From the NCBI RefSeq assembly GCF_006345805.1, contig NC_043020.1, positions 4,712,001 through 4,776,000 of the forward strand: a stretch of DNA of 64,000 bases, read 5' to 3'. The DNA is from Octopus sinensis. Taxonomy: Eukaryota. The position numbers and the translations under genes were made by a program. Every line of letters starts with the position of its first letter. The first letter of the stretch is position 1. Shown piece after piece: positions 35,550-49,400 of the stretch. The notes below the pieces were generated by a model, which worked only from the letters and a program-made list of their open reading frames with translations, did no database searches and had not been told where the DNA came from.

Positions 35550-36257
35550 CTAACAATCTATATATACATATATATACATATAGTTACGTGTGTGTGCCTT
35601 TGGATTTGTCCCACACACCATCGCTTGGCAATCGATGCTGGTGCATTTATATCCCCTTAACATAACAGTTAGGCAAAAGAGATCGATAAAATAAGAACTA
35701 GGCTTACAAATAATAAGTCCCGGGGTCGATTTCTTCGATTAGAAAAAAAATCCTTTAAGCCTATGCTCCAGCACGGCCGGAGTCAAATGACTGAAAGAAA
35801 TAAAATAATAAAAGAAATTGAAAGAACATATCGAGTGCACCGAAACATCTCGCGCATTCATAATTATTTTAAGTAGTTTATTTTATTCAGTTTTAGAAAA
35901 CCTGAAGCATGTCTTTCGCAACCCTGCGGCGTTCCGAACCTTGAGCGTCACTTTTAACCTGCACTTTATTAAAATATCGATCCATCTGTCTTCATGCCTT
36001 TCTCTAACCCCTTATATATTTATATATATTTATGACGTCATAAGAATTGCCATTCAAGAGAATGAGATGTAATTCTTGCTTTGGAATATTGGATTTCGAA
36101 GCAAATATAGCTATAAATAGTAGAGTGTGAATATTGCATATAAAAAAAAAGGAATTTGCATAGAAGAAGACGAAAACAGCCAATATTTGTGAGTTCTTAT
36201 GGATATCATGATTTACTTTGGAATCCACCATTCCCCAAATAATATACTTCATATATT

Positions 36258-36775
36258 TAAGATGATAAATTACTTTCGAACGCCGAGACGCCGTCAGAGC
36301 AGCAGAAATATTGGATAAATTACCCTTACAAAGCGAACTCTAACCCGTATCCCTTCATGACTCCGTACAAGTGATTTACTATTAAGCTAAACTGCCCGCA
36401 GTCAAATCAATCCTCGATTTTACACGCTATAAAGCTAACATACAACTACGTATATATAAATATAAACGAACTAAACTTGTTTCTTATAACCGCTGAAATG
36501 TGTATTATAAGGGATATATGAAAAGATGTTGGTCTGTTTGTATATATATATATATACACACGTAGTTGTTATATAGTTTTATAGCATTTAAAATAACGGA
36601 TCGATTTGCAAGCGGGCAATTTAGCTTAATGATAAAACATTTGGCCGATCTTCAAGGAATGTGGCCTCGAATGTCATGGCTAATTGTTGATAAATTGTTC
36701 CGCTTTATAAGGGTAATTTACCCAATATTTCTGATGTTCTAACGGCGTCTCAGCGTTTGAAGATAAATTATCTTA
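36258..36775. mobile_element. MITE with ~70-bp imperfect terminal inverted repeats
   Basis: GAACGCCGAGACGCCGTCAGAGCAGCAGAAATATTGGATAAATTACCCTTA versus TAAGGGTAATTTACCCAATATTTCTGATGTTCTAACGGCGTCTCAGCGTTT. Begins and ends in TA. Confidence 0.8.
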
Positions 36776-37618
36776 TTTGTATCTTACAATGCACATTTCA
36801 ACTCTTATAAACAAAAGCTAGTTTATATATGTATATATGCATACATATATGACACACACTTATATATACATATATATATATAAATTGTACATATACGACA
36901 TATATATGTATATATATACATACATATATATATCTTTATATATATATATATATATATATATCAAAAATAAGCAACAAGAATGGATCCGGTAATTTAGTAC
37001 AATTGTTTCATACTACAACATTTTATTAAAAGCTGTAAATATTACAGCAGACTTAATATGCAGAGTAATCTTCAGCTAATTTTATATAGGTTTTCCAATA
37101 ATATAAATTCTCAGATCAATTAATAACATCTTAGGGAGGATAAATATACAGATAAAGATGTAGATATGAATCTTAGGAACATGAGATCATGTGGTTTGGA
37201 TGCCAACTGACCAAAACTTTGTTTACAACTGACTGTTGTAAGAAAATTTCTTTAGTTATATGTATATATATACATACATATATATATCTTTATATATATA
37301 TATTACACGCTAGGCCACTAGAAGTGAAACTTTCTATTAATTTCTATTTCCCTTCTGTATCTTATATATATATATATATAATTTATATGTGTGTGTGTGT
37401 GTGTGTATGTATATATATAAATATACATATATATATTAATATAAGGTTTGATTCGTTATGAAATTTTCAGTATAATAATTATTAGATATTTAATTAATTT
37501 CTATGTTGTTATTATAGATATCTTCTCACTATTGATGAAATAAATAAATAGCGGTTTGTCTCTATTGTGTCTCAGGAAGGTCATTCTCTTATTGCCAAAT
37601 CCCACGAATTGGTAACCG

Positions 37619-37664
<46 letters not shown>

Positions 37665-37761
37665 GCAGTTTTACTGAACCTTCAGTTTATTTATGCTAGA
37701 CCACTGGTGTGAAATCGATGTTAATTAATATCTAATTTCTCACCCTTATTTTAAATAATTT

Positions 37762-37827
<66 letters not shown>

Positions 37828-37961
37828 TATTCTGGGAATAATGATACATAATATTTTATAAACACAAAGCTTTGTCAATACACGGTGATCGCATAAAGGC
37901 TTTAAGATTATAAAACATTATCATTTACTGAATTGTCTCTTGTCGCCGCTTCTCAAATCAT

Positions 37962-38007
<46 letters not shown>

Positions 38008-38538
38008 TACGTACGTACGTATGTATGTATATGTATACATATGCCTGTATATGTATGTATAAATGTGTGTGTGATACTTTATGTTGCTATATTATATTAT
38101 ATTATATTATGCAATGAATGAAAGTTATAATTAATAATTAAATTCCATTGATCAAAAACTGCATAAAAATATTATAGGTGACAACTTACGATACTTGAAG
38201 TTACATTTTTCACACTCAAGAATTGTCTTCTCCCGAATGCTTAAATATAATTCTTCGATATAAAGTAATTTATCTTTTGTTAATCATTACAATTAATTTT
38301 ACACACATGAGTGTTTCGTTCAACATTCTTAAACAATCCTTACTCAGGGAGCTTTTGAGAGGGATGGGCTACTCGACCAGAAGAAAATTCTAACTGGGCC
38401 CCACCTGTAAGGTCATGTGCAGTTTATCTTGATATGAGATCCCCATGCCCCAATCCTTCTGCAAGTGTTTTACATTCACTGTTGATATAATAATCCATAC
38501 TGATCAGATCTCTGCCACCATTCTTTTTTATTAATGTA

Positions 38539-38936
38539 CTAGCAGTATCGCCCGGCGTTGCTCGGGCTTGTAAGGGAAATAACTATATAAGCATTTTTAG
38601 AGAGTTATAGTCAAAAAATAGCAAAAAAATGCATTAAAAATGGAAAAAAAATGATGGTAAATTTTTTTAAAAATCGTTGACTCATCGTAGACATTTTTAG
38701 AGAGTTACTTCCCTGATATAATAGCGAAAAAAATGCATTAAAATGGAAAAAATGATGGGAAATTTTTTTTTAAATCGTAGACTCATCGTAGATTCGCGCT
38801 AATACCCAGAAGGGCTCGATATGAATCACGACTATAAGATACCCGGTTTTGATTAAACTGCACCGCAAAATGTGGGAGTAGTTAGGAATCTAAATCGTAG
38901 GAGACAGACACACAACCTCTCTTTTATATATAAAGA
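38539..38936 (-). mobile_element. Non-autonomous Helitron
   Basis: On the minus strand: A|TC start, CCCGAGCAACGCCGGG hairpin, CTAG|T end. Confidence 0.85.
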
Positions 38937-38989
38937 TAACCTGTTTTAGAGTGTAAAGCTTCGTACCATGTCATTAAATTTCTCATCTT

Positions 38990-39480
38990 TCTCTCCAGCT
39001 TTGATATTTCTTATTTACTCCATCTGAGAATGGACGCACTTATATCTAACCCCTGCTCAAATATTCATTGCAGCGACTAGATTCCTTGCATTCAAGTCAG
39101 AATTCACAACCAATTTTACTCTTTTTAAATATGTCTCTAACCGTTTCTTACATTTCTGCATGCAAAATATCCTCCACATTTGAAATCCCCCAATACTTGT
39201 ATCCAATATCATCTTGCTCCATCATAGTTTATCTCGACAGCAGCCGTAATCCACTGCAGGCGGTATTTTTTTTTCAAGCTATTACTTGATAATTTAATTT
39301 GCAGGAATGTTATCTTGAAGGTTGGTGAATTTGGTTTTCCAACTCTCGTTTCTAATATCTTTCAGTCTCTTAGGTTGCATTTTGGGTGTTGTGCCAAATG
39401 CAGCTATTTCTACCGGAATAACTGTTCTAGTCTTCCACAGTCACTTGAGCTCTCTGGCTAAGTCCTAATATATATTTTTA
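38990..39480 (-). mobile_element. Dong/R4-clade LINE fragments (decayed)
   Basis: Minus-strand DLARELK*LWKTRTVIPVEIAAFGTTP (restriction-like endonuclease tail) and GYKYWG (reverse-transcriptase motif). Confidence 0.6.
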
Positions 39481-39544
39481 TTTTTTTTCATTTCATCTAG
39501 TTTCAGCTCACAAGCTGTGGCCATGCTGAGGCACCGCCATTCAG

Positions 39545-39985
39545 TGTTGTTACATGATTTTACTTCACGAATGCTTTTTAGCAATTGAAATTTGGTGCAT
39601 GAGAGAGTTTGATGCAGCTGCCCTCATCTGCACCTCCTGCCATGAAGTTGGTTCATCTGGGACACCTGACAGGAAGAGGTCCAGCTTTATTTTAAAGACA
39701 TCCGCATCCACCCCATGCAGGTCTCTCAGGTCTTTCGGGGGGATATTGAAGAGCTGTGGACCTCTGAAGCCCAGGCTATCGCAGTATCTTGTCCTACAAC
39801 TTGATGGCAAATTTGGAGTCCTTGGCACTATGCAGTGGCGCCCAGTTCTAGTATTTGTGTAACTCTCGATGCCAAGCGCACTGTTTTGTCTACACAGTCA
39901 TATGTACACTTATACTCGTTTTGCACTAGCTTACTGCTTTCACTCAAGAGATATTTGATGGTTTCATCTATTTACTGTAGAATCT
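39545..39985 (-). mobile_element. CR1-group LINE 3-prime fragment
   Basis: SLGFRGPQLFNIPPKDLRDLHGVDADVFKIKLDLFLSGVPDEP...AAASNSL. Confidence 0.8.
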
Positions 39986-39989
39986 ACAT

Positions 39990-40590
<601 letters not shown>

Positions 40591-40602
40591 TTATTATTAT
40601 TA

Positions 40603-40653
<51 letters not shown>

Positions 40654-41039
40654 CATTCAGTGAGAGAGCAGCGAATGCCGTCAAAGTGACACTGGAAGCC
40701 AAACATACCCCTCATGACTACCCGTCTAATAAGGGTACACCAGGCACATGCATCACAACCAAATTTACGCGACATGGTGAACTCATATCAAGATAACCAC
40801 TGCATGAATTTGCAGGTCGGTGTCCAGTTAGCATTTTCGCCTGATTAAGTATCTCATCCTGCTTAAAAGGTCCCAAATTAACGGTTCTTTAAGGATGTTG
40901 AACGAAATACACATTCAATGCAATACCAAATAGGTTCATACATTCCATAATCGAAGAATGTGGGATCATATAGTATGCCCTAGGATAATCGATCCATGAC
41001 ATGGCTAAGTTAGGTTTCCTCCTCTTACAGACTCAAAGT

Positions 41040-41700
41040 ACTGTTTTGCCTACCTGGAGTTGATTCTTGGTACCTTTGCATTTACGCTTACATGTGTTCT
41101 GCTCATGTGGCAGGACTCTATTTTTCCCAGATTTTCATACATTGACTCTGCGACTATTCCAGTCAATAATTTCCACCTAAGTGGCAGACAGGATATCGGC
41201 CTGTAATTGCCTACCGTATTGCCTTTTTCGATATTTTTCAAGCACTGTCCTACGCATTGTCAACCACTCCGCTGTTACTTGGTCGGCATTTAACAAGGTA
41301 TTGACAAGGTATTCGCGCGTGACAACCAATAGCCTTGATCTCCATCTGGTCCAGAGGCCTTCCAGTTTCCAATTTTTTTTGCGGATTTCTTTCAATTCCC
41401 TAACTAAAATGACTAGTTCTGACTGTTGTGGACACACTACTGTTTCAGTTCTTGCAACCATTCAGCATCCTTGTCCTTGCTCCAGATGTCACTCCAAAAC
41501 CTTTGACTTTCAATGTTATCTGGTATCAACTGTTCATCTATACACTCTCTATAAGAATATAAGAGAATTATTGACCTCTATATCTAACTCCAAGAAAACG
41601 AACATTGGAGTATCTGCACGCTGTACCTTAAAGAACAGTCGCAAGAGAGGTAAGCCCTGTTCATTGTGCAACAACATGAGTGAAGTGAATTCCATCTGAG
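41040..41700 (-). mobile_element. Dong/R4-clade reverse-transcriptase fragment (decayed)
   Basis: [25 protein letters not shown] and a degraded KGTKDQL-like motif. Confidence 0.75.
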
Positions 41701-42223
41701 ATCAAAACAGAAATGTTATGATTTATACAGAAGGTGGAACATGTAAAGATCCCCATTTGGTGTACGCTGTAGAATGTCCCTTCGTTTTAAGTGTTGTTGT
41801 TGTTGTTGTTGCTATTATTGTTATTGATTATCATCATAATTATTTTGTGTGGCAGCAGGTAGAAGCATGGACATTTGTTATCACCGATGTAAAACAAGTT
41901 ATTTCATTTGGTTTCTTGAAGTTTCTTGTGGCGTAACATGTTTTACATCATTTTTATATCGGGTAGAATTCAGTCAGTAATTACACATTGAGCTAATTAA
42001 CTGAGTTAATCTCTTTAATGTGTCGTAATTGAAGCTATATAAATGAAGCAGGAATTCTTTTGATAATGTCAGACATTTGGCAAAATGCCACTTTTAACGG
42101 ATCTTTCTATTACATTTTAATTTGCAATTTTAATCTAAACACTGGAAGAATTTTGTCAAAGATCCTAAGAACCATACATACGATACAAATTCTGTAACGT
42201 ATATTTGAATGCCTATGTATGTA

Positions 42224-43025
42224 CGTGGTCTGATCAATAAGTATCCGGACTGTCGCCATTGTAACGAAGCTAAAGAGGCCGCTTGGCACAGATTGACCCT
42301 GAACTCTGCTGTGCATGCGCGCTAAGTTTTAACGTTCTAGTTCACTTCCACTGTCTACAGCAGTGCTTGGAAGGTAGGTTTGTAGCGTATGGTCGTTGCA
42401 TTAACCATGAGAGAGAAAGCTGAACAGGGAATCTCCATAAAATTTTGCCAAAAGCTTGGCAATACCTGCTTAGAGGCCTAAACAAAGTTTTCAAAAAGTT
42501 TTCATCTTTCTCAACACAATCAAGGAGATCTTGTGCAACTGAAACCCGAGTGTGTTTTTGCTCAGCTGAAAGCAGTTTTAGCACAAACTTGGCAAACAAG
42601 TGTCTCGTTCCCAAATCTTCAGTTATAATGGCCTGAACTGAACCGTAATTAATTTACACATCCTCTCATAACTCACGGATGGTGGTTCGACGATTTCCCT
42701 TCACAGCTACAAGCACATTTGCAATGTTTTTGACAGTTCTGCTGGTTGCGGGTCTCCCAGAACGTTCGTCAATATCGACATTTTTCGGCCACCTTGGAAA
42801 CGTCTGAACCACTCGTACACTTGTGTGCGGCTCATACACTCCTCTCCATACACTTTCTGCAACTTTGTGTAGGCCTCTGAGCAGGTATCACAATGGCAAC
42901 TTTCTCTGTCATGGTCAAGGCGACGATTACACGCCCATTCCAAGTATTGCTGTGTACAACGGAAGTAAGCTAGAACGTAAAAACTTAATGCGCATGCACT
43001 GCAGATTCCAATCTGTGCCAATCGG
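42224..43025. mobile_element. Two mariner 5-prime halves in inverted orientation
   Basis: TA|CGTGGTCTGATCAATAAGTATCCGGACTG TIR, then plus-strand EQGISIKFCQKLGNTC. The minus-strand copy gives EAYTKLQKVYGEECMSRTQVYEWFRRF and AKFVLKLLSAEQKHTRVSVAQDLLD. Confidence 0.85.
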
Positions 43026-44087
43026 AAAATAGATCTTCCGCTGCTTTTATTTGGCAAATTTGGGGAAGTGTAATTCCCAGTCAATGTTAGAGGAGAGCTG
43101 GAAGGTTTACTATTTGGTATTAGTGTTCTTAGATCGAGTGTTATGCTTGTAAGATCTAGGTGGGCGAGATTGTCTAACCGTAGTAATCTATACCCTTATC
43201 ATTTGCCATATTTGTCTCCGATGACGGAATATCCCATACTCTGGGCTATCCCAGAAAAAGCTGCAAGACGTTGAATTCTGTCTTCGAAACTCATTATGCA
43301 ATTATTAATTGTCTGATAAATAAAGGGGGATATCGAACGTTCGTAGGCTTTACGTTATGTAAATAAATCGATTTTTGCTGTATTCAAATTCTCTATTTTA
43401 ATTAATATTACACTACTCAATTTATATTCACATATATCGAATCAGATAGAAACATCTATATATAGAATCAGATAGAACACCATAATATGGATAGTACTGG
43501 TGTCTATTAAACACTAATATTAACGCAAGAAGACCAATTCCTGTAAATTCACAGATATATGGATAAACTGCAGGAAGCTAAGCTAGGATGTAAGACATCC
43601 CTGGAAAGAGCAATCTTTATCTTTACAAAACCTCATATATATATATACTTCTAATATAGGATAAAATTCACCCCCCCCCCAAAAAAAAATGCCATCAAAG
43701 TGGCAGCATATTAAAATGCCTTTCAAGGCGAAAATTATACACAATTTATAATCAAGGGCAAAAGAAAAAAAAAATCTATGCCAATATGCTGAGGATAGAC
43801 TTTAAATCGTCAATCATGAATCTTGCTTCTGCTTTTTTCCATGGGTGCTTGTAAGTATTTCATTTATTTCTTATCGTGTTCTCTACTGAGGAGAGGAAAA
43901 TCCGTGGGATTAATCCTGAAATTGGTTCAATATAGAGATAATGAATTTATTTTTAAATTCTGTTAGCTTGCCTTCCTCGATTTCAGCACGACGTGTATTT
44001 ATAGTGAATGCATATTGTAATGTGGTGATTGACGATTTAAAGTCTAGTCTCAGCAAATTGGCAATGAAATGTTTTTCTTTTGCCCTC

Positions 44088-44160
<73 letters not shown>

Positions 44161-44709
44161 TATATATAAGTGTGTGTGAGTGCATGAGTGTGTGGGTGTG
44201 GGTGTGGGTGTGGGTGTGTTTGTATGTGTTCGAGGAATCTCACTAAAGGGCCTTCACTAATCGTGGTATATTTATTTAGATCAAAATCATAAAGCAATTT
44301 CTAAGCCAAAAACTATTATGTCAAGAGACGTGCTTTGTCAAAATGGCCACCATTACTAAAAACAATTCTCATTTGATTTACATAGCTTCAATTAAAACTT
44401 TCGTTGCAATTGATACACGGAGGAGATTTTCGATTAATTAGCCTCGAAACTAATTAGTAACTATATTCTATCAAATATAAAAGCTCTTCGTATAATACTT
44501 TAGCAGAAACAAAGAAAAATAGAAGGAAAGAAACAGAAAAAAAACTAGGTTTTTACTGCGATGATATTGTAACCTATTAACCACTCCCAGCTGTCACTTG
44601 AAATAATAACAACAACGAAAATAACATGAACAACAGCAACAATAACAACTACAAGATTAACAACAAAAACAACTACGATAACAGCAACAGCAACAATAAT
44701 AACAGCAGT

Positions 44710-44990
44710 GGAGGCGCAGTGGCCCAGTGGTTAGGGCAGCGGACTCGCGGTCGGAGGATCGCGGTTTCGATTCCCAGACCGAGCGTTGTGTATGTTTATT
44801 GAGCGAAAACACCTAAAAGCTCCACGAGGCTCCGGCAGGGGGTAGTGGCGACACCTGTTGTACTCTATTGCTCCAACTTTCTTTCACTCTTTCTTCCTGT
44901 TTCTTGTCCCCGACTTCCTACGCAACCGCTGAGCATGGATGCGTATTCATCCATCCGTCGGGGATTGAGCTGCTTACTCTTCTGCGGGTC
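44710..44990 (+). mobile_element. tRNA-derived SINE (Arg-like head)
   Basis: GGAGGCGCAGTGGCCCAGTGGTTAGGGCAGCGGACTCGCGGTC...GGTTTCGATTCCCAGACC. Confidence 0.85.
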
Positions 44991-45129
44991 ACATAGTGGG
45001 ACTGAACCCGGAACCATGTGGTTGGAAAGCAAACATGTTAACACACGAAAACAACAAAACCAATTGCTTCACTTTAGGCAAAAAACTAGCAATTTTGTTG
45101 AAAAGTTGTAAATGGAGTTGAAAGAGATA

Positions 45130-45288
45130 AGACGTGGCTGTGTGGTAAGAAACTTGCATCGGAACCACATGGTTCTGGGTTCTGTCCCATGTGTGGTACC
45201 TCGGGCAAGTGATATCTACTATAGCCTCGGGCCCATCAAAGCCTTGCGAATGGATTCGGTAGATCGACACTGAAAGAAGCTCGACCTG

Positions 45289-45371
<83 letters not shown>

Positions 45372-45620
45372 GTCTATCTCTCTGCATATGTGTGTGTCTG
45401 TGTTTGTCCCCCACAATCACTTGACAACCGGAGTTGTTGTGTTTGCGTCCCTGTAACATAGCGGTTCAGCAAAAGAAGACCGATAGAATAAGTACAAGGC
45501 TTAACAAAAAGAAAAATAAATAAAATTAAAAGGAAGTACAGCAGTCGATTCATTTGACTAAAAATTATTGAAGCCTGTGCTCCAGCAAGGGCGCAGTCCA
45601 ATCACTGAAACAAGTAAAAG
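45130..45620 (+). mobile_element. SINE with an internal (TCTA/TCTG) microsatellite
   Basis: GTGGCTGTGTGGTAAG head, and a GCGGTTCAGCAAAAGA..CGATAGAATAAGTAC...TGACTGAAACAAGTAAAAG-type tail. Confidence 0.85.
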
Positions 45621-47619
45621 ATAAAAAAGATAAAGAAGAAAGGGGAGGTAATCTTCGCTAATGTAGGTGACAGCTGAGTGGTCAAGGGTAGATAAAGTGT
45701 TAGAGGAGAATCCGTAAGCTTACATGTACAAATATTAGCAACTCATGCATGTATGCCTATATATATATATATATATATTCATTCACATTTGATTACTATT
45801 CGCCACAGACCAGCTCAGTTCCTATTATGAATGGTTCTAAGCAAATATATTTGATAGAAAGAGTACACAAATCCTTCATTGAGATGAAATAATAACAGTT
45901 ATGCATCTCCTGCGAACGACTTCAAACCCGGCAGTTCTACTTCATAATAACACTTATGCATCCAATGGGAACAACTTCAAACCCTGAGCTCGTCGTCCTA
46001 AAAATTGTAGAAGAGAGAGCGAGCAAGCGAGAGAGAAGAGGAGAGAGAGAAAGGGAGAGAAAGGAAAGAAAAGAGAAATAGATCGAGAAGAGAGACAATG
46101 TGAATATTTCATCTATGTTTGAATGATTCTGTTGGATAAAATACGGAAATAATCAGATAGTTAGAATCAGGGAAATACACTGTAGTTATCAGATGACATT
46201 TCGCTCATTTTTACTTTATTACATCAGCGTTAAGTTTTTGGGGTTCATCTCTTATATTAAATACGTATATCTAAAATGGCGTCTGTTGAAGGTTTTAAAC
46301 GTCACGTTGACTTTCTACCTTAAATGTCCGATCAACAATTTTAGAAGTTCATCCTGAAATCGCAGAAGGCACATGCCACCCACAGATACACCAACTGCAC
46401 ATACCAAATATACACACTGCATTAAAGGCCATATGCATCATTTATAGGCAGCAACTATTTATATAAGCCAATTATATTCTTATCTGATCTTAAGTCGTAT
46501 TCGGCTCACGAACGTAAGGCCGTGAGTTCGATTCTAGAAGCTCAGGATCGACGCTCAGCTTTGTCACAGATGGATGTGATCTTTGAAGGTAAACGGCTTT
46601 CTTACCCATTCTTCCCCTCCAACTGACTCTTCTTGGTTGTTCCGCTGTGTCAAAGGGTAAGAGTTCGAGGGTAGCCTTTCTTTCTCTTTCTGCTCACGAA
46701 TACATAATACACTTAAAAACAATTAAGAAAAGCATGATACGTGACTGCAAATGATAGTCGCTTGCGAATGACGGCTCTAGTTTTCTTTTACAGCTGTTTC
46801 GCAGCACTGGTTACAGCGTGAGAGTTCCATCTGCGTGTCTTACCTGTTTCCATCAACAGAAGTACTTGAAAATAATTAGCCAAACCATGGTACTTGATAG
46901 CACATGATAACTGCATGCGAGTGAACGTTGTAGAACCTTTTCTTTACAGCTGTTTCGCTGAATCACAAGGGTGAAATACCGAAACTCTCTTTCTCTGTCT
47001 TTCTATCTTTCTCTGCTTCCGTTCATAGAAGCACTTAAGTAACAACATCCCTGTACGTGATAGCATACACTCGCTTGCGAGTGACGGCTGTAATTTTTCA
47101 TCAAAGTTAAGCTTACTCTACAATAATGACTCTTATAGGAATTCTAAAAGGAAATTTGAAATATACCAATTATTTATAGAAGACCAATGGCATAAGTTGA
47201 CGTGCAGAACGTTGTGTAGCGTTGATGCCATTCTCAAGAGTATTTCTCATTGAATAAGAACAAGTTATAATCGGAAAGCGGATTAAACCACAATATGATT
47301 TCGTAATAGCTACCATAATGAGATTATGATTTTTTAATTCCGTATGAAAACTTAAATTTTTGAAGCTATAAACATGTTAATATTTGGTCATGTTGTTTAT
47401 TGTTTTTCTTTGTTTTTTTTTTCTTTTCTTGGTTTTGTTTCCGAAGCGGCGTTAACTTTAATAAAGGTTTTTCGCCATTAATATTCAAATCTGAAAGAAA
47501 CTTTCTCTCAACACACAAAACCATTCTCTCCAAGATGTCAGTAAATTTGTTTTAATTAGACAGCCGGCTTCAACGAAGTGAAGTGTCTTATCCAGAGAAG
47601 TTAATTATATTAGCAGCCA

Positions 47620-47920
47620 GCGATAGCCACGACTACAGAAACAACCACAACAACGACAGCATCAACAGAAGCAACAACAATGAGAACAACAGCAGCAGCA
47701 TCAACAACAGCAACTACATCAACAACAACAACTATAACAGCAGCAGCAGCAGCAACTACAGCAACAACAACAAGACGAATATCAGATATATCGACCACAG
47801 CAACAGTAATAACAACAACAACAGTGACAATAGAAACATCGACAGCAGCAGCAGCAGCAACAACATCCACAAAAACATTGTCAATAACAGCAACATCGTC
47901 AATAACGACAGCAGCAACAA

Positions 47921-47952
<32 letters not shown>

Positions 47953-48225
47953 ATGGTAGTAATATTAGTAGTAATTGTAGCAATAGTAGTAGTAGTATTA
48001 GCAGTTGTAGTAGCAGTAATGGTAGTAATAGTAGTAGTAATGGTAGTAATAGTAGTAGTAGTAATGGTAGTAGTTGTAGTTGTAGTAGTAGTACTACTAC
48101 TAGTAGTAGTAGTAATGGTAGTAATAACAGTAGTAGTAGTAGTAGTAGTAGTAATAGTAGTAGTAGTAGTAGCAGTAGTAGCAGTAGTAATGGTAGTAGT
48201 AGTAGTAGTAGTAGTAGTAGTAATG

Positions 48226-48256
<31 letters not shown>

Positions 48257-48360
48257 CCGTTGTGTTTGTAGTAGTGTTAGTACCAGCGGCAACACCATAT
48301 TAGTATGAGCAGTTGTGGCAACAGCAGCAACTACTACTACTACTACTACTACTACGTAGA
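47620..48360. repeat. Degenerate (CAA/CAG)n followed by (TAG)n triplet repeats
   Basis: Directly visible. Opens low-complexity ORFs in several frames. Confidence 0.85.
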
Positions 48361-48619
48361 CACTTTAATTAACATAATCGACATTAGAGTGAGTGAAATT
48401 ATTACCTTTCCTAATTGAATTAACACCGAACCCGCATCCGTTAATTCAAGTATTTCCTCGCCGTTCCGTCCACCTCTTTTTCTTTTCTTTTTCTTTATCC
48501 AAGATGTGTCACAACGTCACATGACCTACCACATGCTCTTTTGTTGTTGTTGTTGTTATTTTTTTTTCTATTTAGTTCTTGCAATGGGGAAATAATAATA
48601 TATATTTCTTTACTACCCA

Positions 48620-48832
48620 CAAGGAGCTAAATACAGGGGAGACAAGCAAGGACAGACAAACGGATTAAGTCGATTAAATCGACCCCAGTGCGTAACTGGT
48701 ACTTAATTTATCGACCCCGAAAGGATGAAAGGCATAGTCGACCTCGGCAGAATTTGAACTCAGAACGTAGCGGCTGACGAAAGACTGCTAAGCATTTTCG
48801 CCCGGCGTGCTAACGTTTCTGCCAGCTCGCCA
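48620..48832 (-). mobile_element. tRNA-derived SINE (family of 6263)
   Basis: GTCGACCTCGGCAGAATTTGAACTCAGAACGTAG...CGCCCGGCGTGCTAACGTTTCTGCCAGCTCGCC. Confidence 0.85.
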
Positions 48833-48989
48833 TTATTTCCTCCACTGCCCCGGAGTGGCATTACAACCTCAAAGTACCGCAATGACGGTAAATGCTTGCG
48901 GTTCCTTCATATATCGACCTCAAACGTTGAGACAAACCCAGTCAGTTAATTCGGCTCTTTTCCCGCGTCGTATCCACCTTTTTCTTTAC

Positions 48990-49400
48990 TGTCTCTTTTA
49001 CTATTTTACTTGTTTCAGTCATTTGACTGCGGCCATGCTGGAGCACCGCCTTTAATCGAGCAACTCGTCGACCCGGGGATTTATTCTTTGTAAGCCCAGT
49101 ACTTATTCTATCGGTCTGTTTTGCCGAACCGCTAAGTTACGGGGACGTAAACACACCAGCATCGGTTGTCAAGCGATTTGGGGGGGCGGCAAACACAGAC
49201 ACACAAACACACACGAAGATATATATATACACATATATACGACGGGCTTCTTTCAGTTTCCGTCTACCAAATCCACTCACAAGGCTTTGGTCGGTCCGAG
49301 GCTATAGCAGAAGACACTTGCCCAAGGTGCCACGCAGTGGGACTGAACCCGGAAGCATGTGGTTGGTTAGCAAGCTACTTACCACATAGCCACTCCTGCG
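48990..49400 (-). mobile_element. SINE (GGAGTGGCTGTGTGGTAAG family), full length
   Basis: Plus strand TTTTACTTGTTTCAGTCATTTGACTGCGGCCATGCTGGAGCACC...GGGACTGAACCCGGAAGCATGTGG...TAGCCACTCC. Confidence 0.9.

Noticed and set aside
44710-44790. tRNA-like sequences here and at 27460, 60821, 22315 and 6400
   Set aside because: They lack a complete cloverleaf and continue into SINE bodies, so they are SINE heads rather than tRNA genes.
46262-46315. AAAATGGCGTC YY1/initiator-like motif
   Set aside because: A single short motif followed by a 15-codon ORF, with no other promoter evidence.
47583-48308. N/S-rich or T/A-rich ORFs resembling antifreeze glycoprotein or mucin
   Set aside because: All frames are open because of degenerate triplet repeats. 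No signal peptide, frame preference or convincing splice sites.
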